Source of the DNA: Stellaceae bacterium
GTDB lineage: Bacteria > Pseudomonadota > Alphaproteobacteria > ATCC43930 > CGMCC-115725
Direction of reading: 5' to 3'
NCBI GenBank assembly: GCA_035604335.1
Contig: DATNIT010000277.1
Coordinates: 6,181 to 30,180, forward strand
Length of the DNA stretch: 24,000 bases
The notes beneath the pieces are model-generated. The model had not been told where the DNA came from and did no database searches. It was given only the letters and a program-made list of their open reading frames with translations. Shown piece after piece: positions 1-8,509 of the stretch (the stretch's first letter is position 1; every line of letters begins with the position of its first letter). The position numbers and the translations under genes were made by a program.

Positions 1-1883
1 CGCACTTCGCTGCCGAATCCGATCGCGGCCTTGGCGAGATCGGCGGCGCCGGCGTTGGTGGTCATGATCAGGATCACGTTGCGGAAATCCACGGTCTTGC
101 CGTTGTGGTCCGTGAGCTTCCCGTAATCCATCACCTGCAGGAGGATGTTGAAGAGGTCGGGATGCGCCTTCTCGATCTCGTCCAGCAGCAGCACCGAGTG
201 CGGATGCTGGTCGATCGCGTCGGTGAGCAAGCCGCCCTGGTCGAAGCCGACATAGCCCGGCGGCGCGCCGATCAGCCGCGAGACCGTGTGGCGCTCCATA
301 TACTCCGACATGTCGAAGCGGGTGATCTCGATCCCCATGGTGCGCGCGAGCTGGCGCGCGACCTCGGTCTTGCCGACTCCGGTGGGACCCGAGAAGAGAT
401 AGCTGCCGATCGGCTTCTCGGGCTCGCGCAAGCCGGCGCGGGCGAGCTTGATCGCGGAGGTGAGCGCGTCGATCGCCTTGTCCTGGCCAAACACCATGGT
501 CTTGAGGTCGCGCACGAGGTTCTTGAGCACTTCCTTGTCGTCACGCGAGACGCTCTTGGGGGGTATGCGCGCCATGGTCGCCACCACCGCCTCGATCTCG
601 CGCGTCGTGATGGTCTTGCGGCGCCGGCTCTCGGGCAGCAGCATCTGCGCGGCACCCACCTCGTCGATCACGTCGATCGCCTTGTCCGGCAGCTTGCGGT
701 CGTTGATGTAGCGGAACGACAGCTCCACCGCCGCGCGGATCGCGTCCGCGGTGTAGCGCACCTTGTGATGCCGCTCGTAATAGGGCTTGAGGCCGCGCAG
801 GATCTTGACGGAGTCCTCGACCGTGGGCTCGTTCACGTCGATCTTCTGGAAGCGCCGCACCAGCGCGCGGTCCTTCTCGAAGTAGTTCCGGTATTCCTTG
901 TAGGTGGTGGAGCCGATGCAGCGGATGTTGCCGCTGGCGAGCGCGGGCTTCAGCAGGTTGGAGGCGTCCATCGCGCCGCCCGAAGTGGCGCCGGCGCCGA
1001 TCACCGTGTGGATCTCGTCGATGAAGAGAATGGCGCCCGGCATCGCCTCGAGCTCCGACAGCACCGCCTTCAAACGCTCCTCGAAATCGCCGCGATAGCG
1101 CGTACCCGCGAGCAGCGCGCCCATGTCGAGGGCGAAGATCTGCGCGTTCAGCAGCACATCCGGCACCTCGCGCTGCACGATCCGGCGCGCCAGGCCCTCG
1201 GCGATCGCGGTCTTGCCGACGCCGGGATCGCCGACGTAGAGCGGGTTGTTCTTGGAGCGCCGGCACAGGATCTGGATGGTGCGCTCGACCTCGGGCTCGC
1301 GGCCGATCAGCGGGTCGATCTTGCCGCTCTTGGCCTTCTTGTTGAGGTTGACGCAATAGGCGTCGAGCGCGTCGTGGGTGCGCTTGGAGGGCTTCTCCAG
1401 CCGCTCCTCCTCATCGGCGCCCTGAACGCGGCGCGTCTCGGAGCGGCCCGGCGCCTTGGCGATCCCGTGGGAGATGTAATTGACGGCGTCGAAGCGCGTC
1501 ATGTCCTGCTCTTGCAGGAAATAGACGGCGTGGCTCTCGCGCTCCGCGAACATCGCCACCAGCACGTTGGCGCCGGTCACCTCCTCGCGGCCGGAGGACT
1601 GCACGTGGATCGCCGCGCGCTGCAGCACGCGCTGGAAGCTCGCGGTCGGCTTCGCGTCGTCGCCGTGCGAGGAGATCAGGTTGGCGAGCTCGTTGTCGAC
1701 ATAGGCGAGGATGTCGCGCCGGAGCTTCTCCAGATCGACCGTGCACGCGCGCAGGACCGCGACCGCGTCCTGGTCCTCGGTGAGCGCCAGAAGAAGATGC
1801 TCGAGCGTCGCGTATTCGTGCCGGCGCTCGTTGGCATAGCCGAGGGCGCGATGGAGGGTCTTCTCGAGATTCCGCGAAAGCAT
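1..1883 (-). CDS. clpA: ATP-dependent Clp protease ATP-binding subunit ClpA (N-terminal ~627 codons; 3' end lies beyond the left edge)
   Basis: Absent from the ORF track because it runs off the window. Hand translation of the reverse strand from the ATG at 1883-1881 gives [59 protein letters not shown] (ClpA N-domain). In the same frame, Walker A motifs GDPGVGKT (complement of ~1205-1235) and GPTGVGKT (complement of ~365-395). Sits directly downstream of clpS, as is usual. Confidence 0.95.
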   Translation of the reverse strand, partial: MLSRNLEKTLHRALGYANERRHEYATLEHLLLALTEDQDAVAVLRACTVDLEKLRRDILAYVDNELANLISSHGDDAKPTASFQRVLQRAAIHVQSSGREEVTGANVLVAMFAERESHAVYFLQEQDMTRFDAVNYISHGIAKAPGRSETRRVQGADEEERLEKPSKRTHDALDAYCVNLNKKAKSGKIDPLIGREPEVERTIQILCRRSKNNPLYVGDPGVGKTAIAEGLARRIVQREVPDVLLNAQIFALDMGALLAGTRYRGDFEERLKAVLSELEAMPGAILFIDEIHTVIGAGATSGGAMDASNLLKPALASGNIRCIGSTTYKEYRNYFEKDRALVRRFQKIDVNEPTVEDSVKILRGLKPYYERHHKVRYTADAIRAAVELSFRYINDRKLPDKAIDVIDEVGAAQMLLPESRRRKTITTREIEAVVATMARIPPKSVSRDDKEVLKNLVRDLKTMVFGQDKAIDALTSAIKLARAGLREPEKPIGSYLFSGPTGVGKTEVARQLARTMGIEITRFDMSEYMERHTVSRLIGAPPGYVGFDQGGLLTDAIDQHPHSVLLLDEIEKAHPDLFNILLQVMDYGKLTDHNGKTVDFRNVILIMTTNAGAADLAKAAIGFGSEV

Positions 1884-1932
1884 GAACGCGTAGTCCTTTT
1901 GCTGATGCGAAAGTACCGCCGCCCGCCCGACT

Positions 1933-2259
1933 CTATTCCTTTTCCAACGTGCATTGCAGCGGGTGTTGATGCTGCCGGGCGAAGTCCATCACCTGAGTCA
2001 CTTTGGTCTCCGCCACCTCGTACGTGTAGACGCCGCAGATCCCGACCCCGCGGCGGTGTACGTGCAGCATGATCCGGGTCGCCTCCTCGCGCGTCTTGGC
2101 AAAGAAGCGCTCCAGGATGTGCACGACGAACTCCATGGGCGTGTAGTCGTCGTTGAGCATGAGGACCTTGTACATCGACGGTTTCTTCGTCTTGGGCTTC
2201 GCCTTGACGATGACGCCGGTCGTTGGTCCCTCGCCATTGCGTTTTTCAGGATCGCTCAT
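1933..2259 (-). CDS. clpS: ATP-dependent Clp protease adaptor ClpS
   Basis: Track ORF 1933..2343 contains MSDPEKRNG...[28 protein letters not shown]...[28 protein letters not shown], a canonical ClpS core. The internal ATG at 2259 (M29 of the track ORF) gives a typical 108-aa ClpS. The longer N-terminal extension has no ClpS-like sequence. Confidence 0.92.
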   Translation of the reverse strand: MSDPEKRNGEGPTTGVIVKAKPKTKKPSMYKVLMLNDDYTPMEFVVHILERFFAKTREEATRIMLHVHRRGVGICGVYTYEVAETKVTQVMDFARQHQHPLQCTLEKE

Positions 2260-2420
2260 GGAGCTCGAACCGATGGGCACGCCATTCCCCCATGATATTG
2301 GCATCGCGCGTCCGGGGGGAAGGGCTTTCCCGGCCTCTCGCACTTGTGACCTCCGCGCCAGAGCCGGGCACCACGGTGTGAGAATGCTGCGAGACCCGTT
2401 AACGCCGGCATAAATCGGGC

Positions 2421-2454
2421 AAAAGAAGGGCCCGGCGGAGGCTTCCGCCGGGCC
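2421..2454 (-). terminator. Rho-independent terminator downstream of the phasin gene
   Basis: Perfect 11-bp GC-rich stem ggcccggcgga (2429-2439) / tccgccgggcc (2444-2454) with a 4-nt loop. On the minus strand it is followed by cttcttttgcc (complement of 2418-2428). Lies ~65 nt after the phasin stop. Confidence 0.6.
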
Positions 2455-2518
2455 AGAAAGCGCGACCCATGCCTGTATGGCCGCAAACCGATAGCTGCCG
2501 GCGTATGCGCCGACAGGA

Positions 2519-2980
2519 TCACGCCGCGAGCGGCTTCTTCAACGCGTCAATCGCCTTCTCCGCGCGCGCTCCCAGGGGCTCGTACATCTCGCTGGCGGCT
2601 CTGAGGCCGAGCTCGGAGAGTCGCGCGCCGCCCACGATCAGGCGCTCCACGCATCCCTTGGTGAAATCGTATTGCAGGGCGACCACGTCCTCGAGGGACT
2701 TTGCGTCGACCAAACCGGCACTCGTGGCTGCGGCGCTTTCCACCGCGGCCCGCGCGAGGCTCACCAGCTCGAGGCTCATGCGCTCGAGCGCCTCGCTCAA
2801 CGCGGCGTTGGCGGCTACGAGAGCGGACAAGGTGTCCTTGCCCTGAGTCGCCAGATCATCGTAGCCCATGCGGATGCCCTCCGCGGCGCCGCGGACCGTC
2901 GGCCAGGTCGGGGCCGGGGCCGGCAGCTTCGGCGCCGCCGCAGCCGCGGCCACGGTCTTCTTGCCAGATTTCTTTGCCAT
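2519..2980 (-). CDS. phaP: Phasin family protein (PHA granule-associated)
   Basis: Track ORF 2519..3013. The internal ATG at 2980 (MAKKSGKK...) is preceded by AGGGAG 8 nt upstream. Ala-rich N-terminus followed by helical region [38 protein letters not shown]...[13 protein letters not shown], typical of alphaproteobacterial phasins. PhaR-type operators lie upstream. Confidence 0.82.
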   Translation of the reverse strand: MAKKSGKKTVAAAAAAPKLPAPAPTWPTVRGAAEGIRMGYDDLATQGKDTLSALVAANAALSEALERMSLELVSLARAAVESAAATSAGLVDAKSLEDVVALQYDFTKGCVERLIVGGARLSELGLRAASEMYEPLGARAEKAIDALKKPLAA

Positions 2981-3048
2981 CGCGATCAGCTCCCTGAAAA
3001 AACATACCGCCAACCGCGGCCTTTTCGCGCAATCCTCAGCGACCCTCT

Positions 3049-3065
3049 ATGCTGCATTGCAGCAT
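3049..3065. promoter_or_regulatory. PhaR-type operator, box 1 (ATGCTGCATTGCAGCAT)
   Basis: Perfect 8+1+8 palindrome containing CTGC-ATT-GCAG (3052-3062), 69-85 nt upstream of the phasin ATG. Matches the CTGC-N3-GCAG PhaR recognition palindrome I recall from Rhodobacter sphaeroides. Confidence 0.5.
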
Positions 3066-3069
3066 GATC

Positions 3070-3098
3070 TAAGTATCAATCGGTCGCGCATTTTGCAA
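3070..3098 (-). promoter_or_regulatory. Putative sigma-70-type promoter of the phasin gene
   Basis: On the minus strand: TTGCAA (3098-3093), 17-nt spacer, TACTTA (3075-3070). It is the only AT-rich patch in the intergenic region. The predicted start site falls on PhaR box 1. Sequence-only inference. Confidence 0.3.
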
Positions 3099-3125
3099 GC
3101 GCCCGGCTGTCGCATACCCGCTCCC

Positions 3126-3143
3126 ATGGTTGCACTGCAGCAT
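3126..3143. promoter_or_regulatory. PhaR-type operator, box 2 (ATGGTTGCACTGCAGCAT)
   Basis: TTGC-ACT-GCAG (3130-3140) is one mismatch from CTGC-N3-GCAG. It shares the extended string TGCA-N-TGCAGCATGA-N-C with box 1, about 79 bp away. Confidence 0.4.
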
Positions 3144-3272
3144 GACCAGACCCCGCCGCACCAGGCAAAATTGCCCAACGGATTCAAGCCGGTCGCGAAA
3201 GGATTTCGCGCAAAGCCTCGGGAAATCATGGACATAATTGCTAGAGTTCCTTAACCTTGCTGTGTTCGGATT

Positions 3273-4625
3273 GTGGCCGAACCTTGGCGGAGGGTGGGCG
3301 TGGGTGTCGTTCGGGGACTAGGTGGGTTGCGCGACGCGCGAGCCTATGCCGTCGTCGCGCTGTTGGCGTTCATCATGGCGGCATGGCCGATGGCATCCGC
3401 CGACGCGAGTCGCAAGACTCACGTTCATGCGAGCGGCCGGCAGGCCTATACCTCCATCGTCATCGACGCCGAGACCGGAACGGTGATCAGCGAGTCCAAC
3501 GCGGATTCGCCGCATTTTCCGGCCTCGCTGACCAAGATGATGACGCTCTACCTGATCTTCGAGGCGCTCGACAAAGGGCGCATCCACCTCGACACGCAGC
3601 TGCCCGTTTCCGAGCACGCCGCTTCGCAGTCGCCCACCAAGCTCGACCTCAGCCCGGGCGAGACCATCTCCGTCCGCGACGTGATCCTCGGTCTGGTGAC
3701 CCGCTCGGCGAACGACGCCGCGGTGGTCGCCGGCGAGTGGCTCGCGGGCAGCGAGGAGATCTTCGCGCAGCGCATGACGGCCAAGGCGCGCGCGCTCGGC
3801 ATGACGCACACCGTCTTCCAGAACGCCTCGGGCCTGCCCGACCCCGACCAGGTCACCACGGCCCGCGATCTCGCCAAGCTCGCGCGCGCGCTCTATCACG
3901 ACTTCCCCGACATGTACCCCTACTTCGCGACGCGCGAGTTCGTCTTCCGCGGCGAGGTGATCACCACGCATAACCACCTGATGGACCAATTCGACGGAAT
4001 GGACGGCATCAAGACCGGCTATATCCGGGCCTCGGGCTTCAATCTCGCGGCATCCGCCGTGCGCAACAACCACCGGCTTATCGGCGTGGTGATGGGCGGC
4101 GAGAGCGCGCATGCGCGCGACCTCAGGATGGCGGCGCTTCTGAACGACGGGTTCTCCAGGACCGCGCCCGACACGACGACCACCCTGGTCGCCTCGGCGC
4201 CCCCGCCGCCGGCGGCGGCGCAGGCCTTCAGCAGCGGCGACGGCGCCTTCGAATCCCAGAGCTTCGGCGCGCGGGCCAAACGGGTCCTGCGCCACCTGTC
4301 GCCGATCGGCACGGCCGAGGCGTCGACCACCAAGGCCTCGCGCGGCGAGGTGGAGACCGGCCGCTGGGGCATCCAGGTCGGTGCCTTCGCTCAGCAAGGC
4401 GCGGCCGAGAAGGCGGCCCACGCGGCGCTCGCGGAGTTGCCGAGCGCCAAGGGTCACTCGGTCAGCGTGACGAAACCCGGCACCGTCGAGAAGGATCGCT
4501 ACTACCGCGCGCGCATCGGCGGCTTCAGCGAGAAAGACGCCGAGCACGCCTGCCAGGCTCTGCACAAGAAGCACCACGATTGCGCGCTGGTCGCGCCGAG
4601 CTCGCTGCACGTCGCGCAGAACTGA
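3273..4625 (+). CDS. Serine-type D-Ala-D-Ala carboxypeptidase (PBP5/6, peptidase S11) with C-terminal SPOR domain
   Basis: Catalytic motifs SLTK (SxxK), SAN (SxN) and KTG are present in the track translation. Signal-like segment AVVALLAFIMAAWPMASA. The C-terminal GRWGIQVGAFAQQGAAEKAA...YYRARIGGFSEKDAEHACQAL resembles a SPOR fold. Start is uncertain: the track start at 3273 is GTG, and GTG at 3300 has GGAGG 6 nt upstream and may be the real start. Confidence 0.9.
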   Translation: MAEPWRRVGVGVVRGLGGLRDARAYAVVALLAFIMAAWPMASADASRKTHVHASGRQAYTSIVIDAETGTVISESNADSPHFPASLTKMMTLYLIFEALDKGRIHLDTQLPVSEHAASQSPTKLDLSPGETISVRDVILGLVTRSANDAAVVAGEWLAGSEEIFAQRMTAKARALGMTHTVFQNASGLPDPDQVTTARDLAKLARALYHDFPDMYPYFATREFVFRGEVITTHNHLMDQFDGMDGIKTGYIRASGFNLAASAVRNNHRLIGVVMGGESAHARDLRMAALLNDGFSRTAPDTTTTLVASAPPPPAAAQAFSSGDGAFESQSFGARAKRVLRHLSPIGTAEASTTKASRGEVETGRWGIQVGAFAQQGAAEKAAHAALAELPSAKGHSVSVTKPGTVEKDRYYRARIGGFSEKDAEHACQALHKKHHDCALVAPSSLHVAQN

Positions 4626-5113
4626 GCGGCTCGGCTTCCTCCCCTGCACCGGAGTTTCGGCGAGCCGCCGCGGCGGACGCTCCCGCCATTCGCGCGCTGA
4701 CGCGGGAGGCCTACGCCAAGTGGGTACCGCTGATCGGCCGTGAGCCCAAGCCGATGACGGCGGATTACGACGCCGCCGTGCGGAACCACCGCATCGACCT
4801 TCTGCATCTGGACGACAAGCTCGCCGCCTTGATCGAGACGATCCCGGCAGCCGACCATCTCCTGATCGAGAATGTCGCGGTGTCGCCCGCCTTTCAGGGA
4901 AGAGGTCTCGGCCGCCGGCTGATGGCGCACGCCGAAGCGGTGGCCGCGTCGCAAGGCCATAGGGAGATCCGGCTCTACACGAACAAGATGTTCGCCGCGA
5001 ATGTGCGGCTCTACGAGAAGCTCGGCTATCGCGCCGACCGGGAGGAGCCGTTCAGCGGCGGCGTCATCGTGCACATGAGCAAGCGAGTGCCCGTCCGCGA
5101 CGCCGGAGACTAG
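4580..5113 (+). CDS. GNAT family N-acetyltransferase
   Basis: Acetyl-CoA motif region IENVAVSPAFQGRGLGRRLMAHAE and YEKLGY are typical of GNATs. The start is unclear. TTG at 4580 overlaps the upstream gene by 46 nt. No in-frame ATG/GTG/TTG lies between there and the domain; only CTG at 4622 is available. Confidence 0.8.
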   Translation: MRAGRAELAARRAELSGSASSPAPEFRRAAAADAPAIRALTREAYAKWVPLIGREPKPMTADYDAAVRNHRIDLLHLDDKLAALIETIPAADHLLIENVAVSPAFQGRGLGRRLMAHAEAVAASQGHREIRLYTNKMFAANVRLYEKLGYRADREEPFSGGVIVHMSKRVPVRDAGD

Positions 5114-5203
5114 CGCAATAGCGAGTTCAGGCGGCGCTATCCGCAACCACCCGAAAACGTCTGGGTTTCAGATATAAAGTGTCCTAGTTCGAGGGAACGC
5201 GCC

Positions 5204-5816
5204 TCATGCCCGTTTGCGCCGAACCAGGCCAAGGGCGAGGAGCCCAGTCCCCAAGAGCAGCAGCGACGCGGGCTCAGGAACGTCGGCCAACGAGAACTCG
5301 ATCTGCTTGACCTCTTTGAAGGTGCTAGCAATCTCGACCGTCTTGATCGTCTCGCCGCTCCCCAACACCGCCTCGATACCGATGCTGGCGAAGTCCGCAT
5401 TGGATCCAAGCCCGGTGAAAGTAAAGGTCTGAGCGGGATCGCCTTGATTGTCCGTCACCGTCACGGTCACCGTGCCGACGGCGGCATCAAGCAGCTGGCC
5501 ACGGAATGAAAAATCGCCGAACAGGGTGGGGCCTGCAGGCGTGAATATCAGGTCCGTAAGAGAGCCATCGCTGATCGGCTTGATGGTCGCGAAACCGGAG
5601 CCGGTATCGACATTCCCGGTCGTGGTCACGGTGATCGTTTGACTGTCTACCTGGCCGGTAAAGGACGAGACATTGCTGTTGGCAGTGTCGATATTGAACT
5701 GGTCCCCCACCAGGGCCCGCCGACGTGATGAAGGTGGCCGATGCCGGCTGCGCCCAGACAACCGCGAGCGCTGCGGCGGCGATGGCCCCTCTGCTAAGGC
5801 CTGTGAATACACGCAT
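5204..5816 (-). pseudogene. PEP-CTERM sorting-domain secreted protein, apparently frameshifted between signal peptide and mature region
   Basis: The C-terminus VPEPASLLLLGTGLLALGLVRRKRA is a canonical PEP-CTERM motif plus TM plus basic tail (track ORF 5204..5845). That frame has no signal peptide. A good signal peptide MRVFTGLSRGAIAAAALAVVWAQPASA starts at ATG 5816 (GGAGA 7 nt upstream) in the adjacent frame (track ORF 5487..5837). The frames must be joined near 5704-5721. Confidence 0.6.
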
Positions 5817-6017
5817 CGATTGATCTCCGCTGCCCAACTCTTCACTTATGTTGAATACCGATGCTCATCGGCCCAACACCATACTTACACATGCAAAAAC
5901 CCTGCCCAATTACCCGATTTACGTTAGGTCAATGCCTTCGAGACCGAGACCGCACTGTAAAGATTTCTGACACTTTTGTGCCACGCAGCCCAGACAGCAC
6001 CGTTGAGGCGCAATCCG

Positions 6018-7418
6018 CTAAAACGTCGGCGGCTCGACGCCGCTGGCCTTGAGCTGACCGGCGAGCTCGTGTTTCAAGCGGTCGAGGGCCGCGGCGTCGC
6101 GGGCCTCGGCGCGGGCGACCAACACGGCCTGGGTGTTGGAGGCGCGGAGCAGCCACCAGCCGTCCTTGGTCTTGACGCGCACGCCGTCGATGTCGGTCAT
6201 CTCGGCGCCGGCCTGTTTGAGGCGGTCGCGCACCTCGCCCACCACCGCGAATTTGCGCGCCTCCTCGCAAGGAAAGCGCAGCTCCGGCGTGTTCACCACC
6301 GCCGGCAAGCGGTCGCGCAGCTGAGCCAGGCTCGCCTCGCTGCGGCCGAGGATGCCCAGGAGGCGGATCGCCGCATAGAGCGCGTCGTCGTAGCCGTAGT
6401 AGCGATCGGCATAGAAGATGTGGCCGCTCATCTCGCCCGCGAGCGGCGCGCCGATCTCGGCCATCTTCGATTTGATGATGGAATGGCCGGTGCGCCACAT
6501 CAGCGGCTTGCCTCCGACCCGCGCGATCTCGTCGAACAGCACCTGGCTCGCCTTCACGTCCGCGATGATGGTGGCGCCGGGCATGGCGCGGATCACGTCC
6601 GCCGCGAGCACGGTCATCAGCTGATCGCCCCAGAGGATCCGGCCCTGCGCGTCGACCACGCCGATGCGGTCGCCGTCACCGTCGAAGGCGATGCCGAGAT
6701 CGGCGCTGTGCTGTTTCACGCCCTCCTGCAGCTGCGCCAGGTTCTTGGCCTCGGTGGGATCGGGATGATGGGCGGGGAAGCGCCCGTCGATCTCTTCGTT
6801 GAGCAGGATATGCCGGCCCGGCACCTTCTTCGTCAGGCGCACCAGCGCCTCGCCGGTGGCGCCGTTGCCGGCGTCCCACACCACCGTCAGCGGCCGCTTG
6901 CCGTCATAGTCGATGGCGAGCCGGTCGACGTATTTCTCCAGCAGCTGCACCGTCGAGGCTTTGCCGTCCCCGGTCCGAAACGCGCCGCGGGCGGCGATCT
7001 CGCCGAGGCGCTGGATATCGGCGCCGTAGAACGACCGCTTCTGCAGCACCAGCTTGAAGCCGTTGTAGTCCGCGGGATTGTGCGAGCCCGTCACCATGAT
7101 CCCGCCGTCGACGCCGAGCGTGTAGGCGGCGTAGTAGAGCATCGGCGTCGGACCCAGTCCGATGCGCACCACGTCGATGCCGCTCTCGGCCAGGCCCTGC
7201 ACCAGCGCCTGCTCGAGCGCGGGCGAGCTCAGGCGTCCATCGCGCCCGACCGCGATGCTCTTGCCGCCGACCTCGGCAACGCACACGGCGAAGGCGCGGC
7301 CGAGCGCCCGGGCGTCGGCCTCGAAGAGCGTGGTGCCGACGGTGCCGCGGATGTCGTACTCGCGCAGGATGGTCGGATCGAAGCGATGGCCGCTTGCGCG
7401 GCCGCCGTCATTGGCCAT
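6018..7418 (-). CDS. Phosphomannomutase/phosphoglucomutase (alpha-D-phosphohexomutase family)
   Basis: This is the C-terminal 466 aa of track ORF 6018..8393: MANDGGRASGHRFDPTILREYDIRG..., active-site loop TGSHNP, metal loop FDGDGDR. ATG at 7418 with GGAG 5 nt upstream, 15 nt after the galU stop. The upstream part of the 791-aa track ORF is an out-of-frame read-through of galU. Confidence 0.93.
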   Translation of the reverse strand: MANDGGRASGHRFDPTILREYDIRGTVGTTLFEADARALGRAFAVCVAEVGGKSIAVGRDGRLSSPALEQALVQGLAESGIDVVRIGLGPTPMLYYAAYTLGVDGGIMVTGSHNPADYNGFKLVLQKRSFYGADIQRLGEIAARGAFRTGDGKASTVQLLEKYVDRLAIDYDGKRPLTVVWDAGNGATGEALVRLTKKVPGRHILLNEEIDGRFPAHHPDPTEAKNLAQLQEGVKQHSADLGIAFDGDGDRIGVVDAQGRILWGDQLMTVLAADVIRAMPGATIIADVKASQVLFDEIARVGGKPLMWRTGHSIIKSKMAEIGAPLAGEMSGHIFYADRYYGYDDALYAAIRLLGILGRSEASLAQLRDRLPAVVNTPELRFPCEEARKFAVVGEVRDRLKQAGAEMTDIDGVRVKTKDGWWLLRASNTQAVLVARAEARDAAALDRLKHELAGQLKASGVEPPTF

Positions 7419-7432
7419 GGATGCTCCGGAGC

Positions 7433-8365
7433 TCAGGATCGTTGGCGGCGTTGCCGAGGCGGCGCCTCGCCGGCCGGCTCGTCCGCGGGGTCGTCGCGAT
7501 GGTCCCGCAGGATGCGCCGGACCTCGTCGGCCAGGTCCGGCCGCGCCAGCGCGTACGCAATGGTCGCCTCGAGGAATCCCACCTTGTCGCCGCAGTCGAA
7601 GCGGCGGCCCTCGAAGCGGAAACCGTGGAACGCGGTCTTGCCGCCGATCATCCGCGCGAGGGCGTCGGTGAGCTGGATCTCGTTGCCGGCGCCGCGCCCG
7701 ATGCGGCCGAGATGCTCGAACACCTCGGGCTCGAGGATATAGCGGCCGATCACCGCGAGCGTCGAGGGCGCCGCGTCCGGCGCGGGCTTCTCCACCACGC
7801 CCTTGGCGCGCACCAGCGGGCCGTCCTCCGCCACCGTATCGAGGATGCCGTAGCGCTTGGTGTGCGCGCGCGGCACGTCCATGACCGCGATCAGATTGCC
7901 GCCCACCTTGGCACGCGCCTCCACCATCTGCTTGAGACAGGGCGTGCGCGCGAGGATCAGGTCGTCCGCGAGCAGCACCGCGAAGGGCTCGTCGCCCACG
8001 AGATCGCGCGCGCACCAGACGGCGTGGCCGAGGCCGAGCGGGCGCTGCTGGCGCGTATAGGCGAGCTGGCCGGCTTGCGGCATCCAGGCGTTGATCTCGA
8101 CGATCTCGGCGTTCTTGCCGCGCTCGCGCAAAGTGCTCTCGAGCTCGTAGGAATGATCGAAGTGGTCCTCGAGCGCGGCCTTGCCGCGCCCGGTCACGAA
8201 GATGAATTGCTCGATACCCGCCGCCCGCGCCTCTTCCACCGCGTACTGGATCAGCGGCTTGTCCACCACCGGCAGCATCTCCTTCGGCATCGCCTTGGTC
8301 GCCGGCAGGAAGCGCGTGCCGAGACCGGCAACCGGAAATACAGCCTTGCGAACGGGAGCAGTCAT
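7433..8365 (-). CDS. galU: UTP-glucose-1-phosphate uridylyltransferase
   Basis: MTAPVRKAVFPVAGLGTRFLPATKAMPKEMLPVVDKPLIQYAVEEA... is the GalU signature (GxGTRxLPxTK). Start is the ATG at 8365 (M21 of track ORF 7433..8425). Confidence 0.93.
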   Translation of the reverse strand: MTAPVRKAVFPVAGLGTRFLPATKAMPKEMLPVVDKPLIQYAVEEARAAGIEQFIFVTGRGKAALEDHFDHSYELESTLRERGKNAEIVEINAWMPQAGQLAYTRQQRPLGLGHAVWCARDLVGDEPFAVLLADDLILARTPCLKQMVEARAKVGGNLIAVMDVPRAHTKRYGILDTVAEDGPLVRAKGVVEKPAPDAAPSTLAVIGRYILEPEVFEHLGRIGRGAGNEIQLTDALARMIGGKTAFHGFRFEGRRFDCGDKVGFLEATIAYALARPDLADEVRRILRDHRDDPADEPAGEAPPRQRRQRS

Positions 8366-8455
8366 GGGGCCTTGCCTTCGGCCGTTGCGGCACATGCCGG
8401 GCGCGGGGACAACGGAGTGCCCCATCCGCTTGTTCCCCCTAGCGCGATGCTTCCT

Positions 8456-8473
8456 AAGTTCGCAAGCGAACTT
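8456..8473. promoter_or_regulatory. Perfect palindrome AAGTTCGC-AA-GCGAACTT upstream of galU
   Basis: 8+2+8 inverted repeat, 91-108 nt upstream of the galU ATG. It shares the core TTCGC-N2-GCGAA with the larger hairpin at 8519-8546. Function unknown. Confidence 0.35.
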
Positions 8474-8509
8474 CGGATGCTGTATCGCACTAGGTTTAAC
8501 AAATCGTGG

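Noticed and set aside
105-2072. 655-aa plus-strand ORF, the longest in this part of the track
   Set aside because: It is antisense to clpA and clpS. The translation is Arg/Ala/Leu/His/Gly-rich with no motif, whereas the opposite strand gives unmistakable ClpA (two Walker A motifs, N-domain). A typical high-GC antisense open frame.
5958-5973. Sigma-54-like -24/-12 element TGGCAC-N5-TGTCA (minus strand) upstream of the PEP-CTERM gene
   Set aside because: Not called as a feature. The spacing and -24 GG are right, but the near-invariant -12 GC is TC here. Kept only as weak supporting context in the PEP-CTERM finding.
5976-7742. 588-aa plus-strand ORF, together with 3318..4649(-), 16441..17904(-), 18622..19761(-), 20095..20913(-), 21105..21830(-) and 22570..23355(-)
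   Set aside because: All are antisense to genes with strong family signatures (PMM/galU, carboxypeptidase, tkt, gap, fba, thiE, sensor kinase) and have the same degenerate composition. I judge them non-coding.
7419-8393. N-terminal 325 aa of the 791-aa track ORF 6018..8393
   Set aside because: This is out-of-frame read-through across galU. The PMM domain starts at the SD-preceded ATG 7418, 15 nt after the galU stop.
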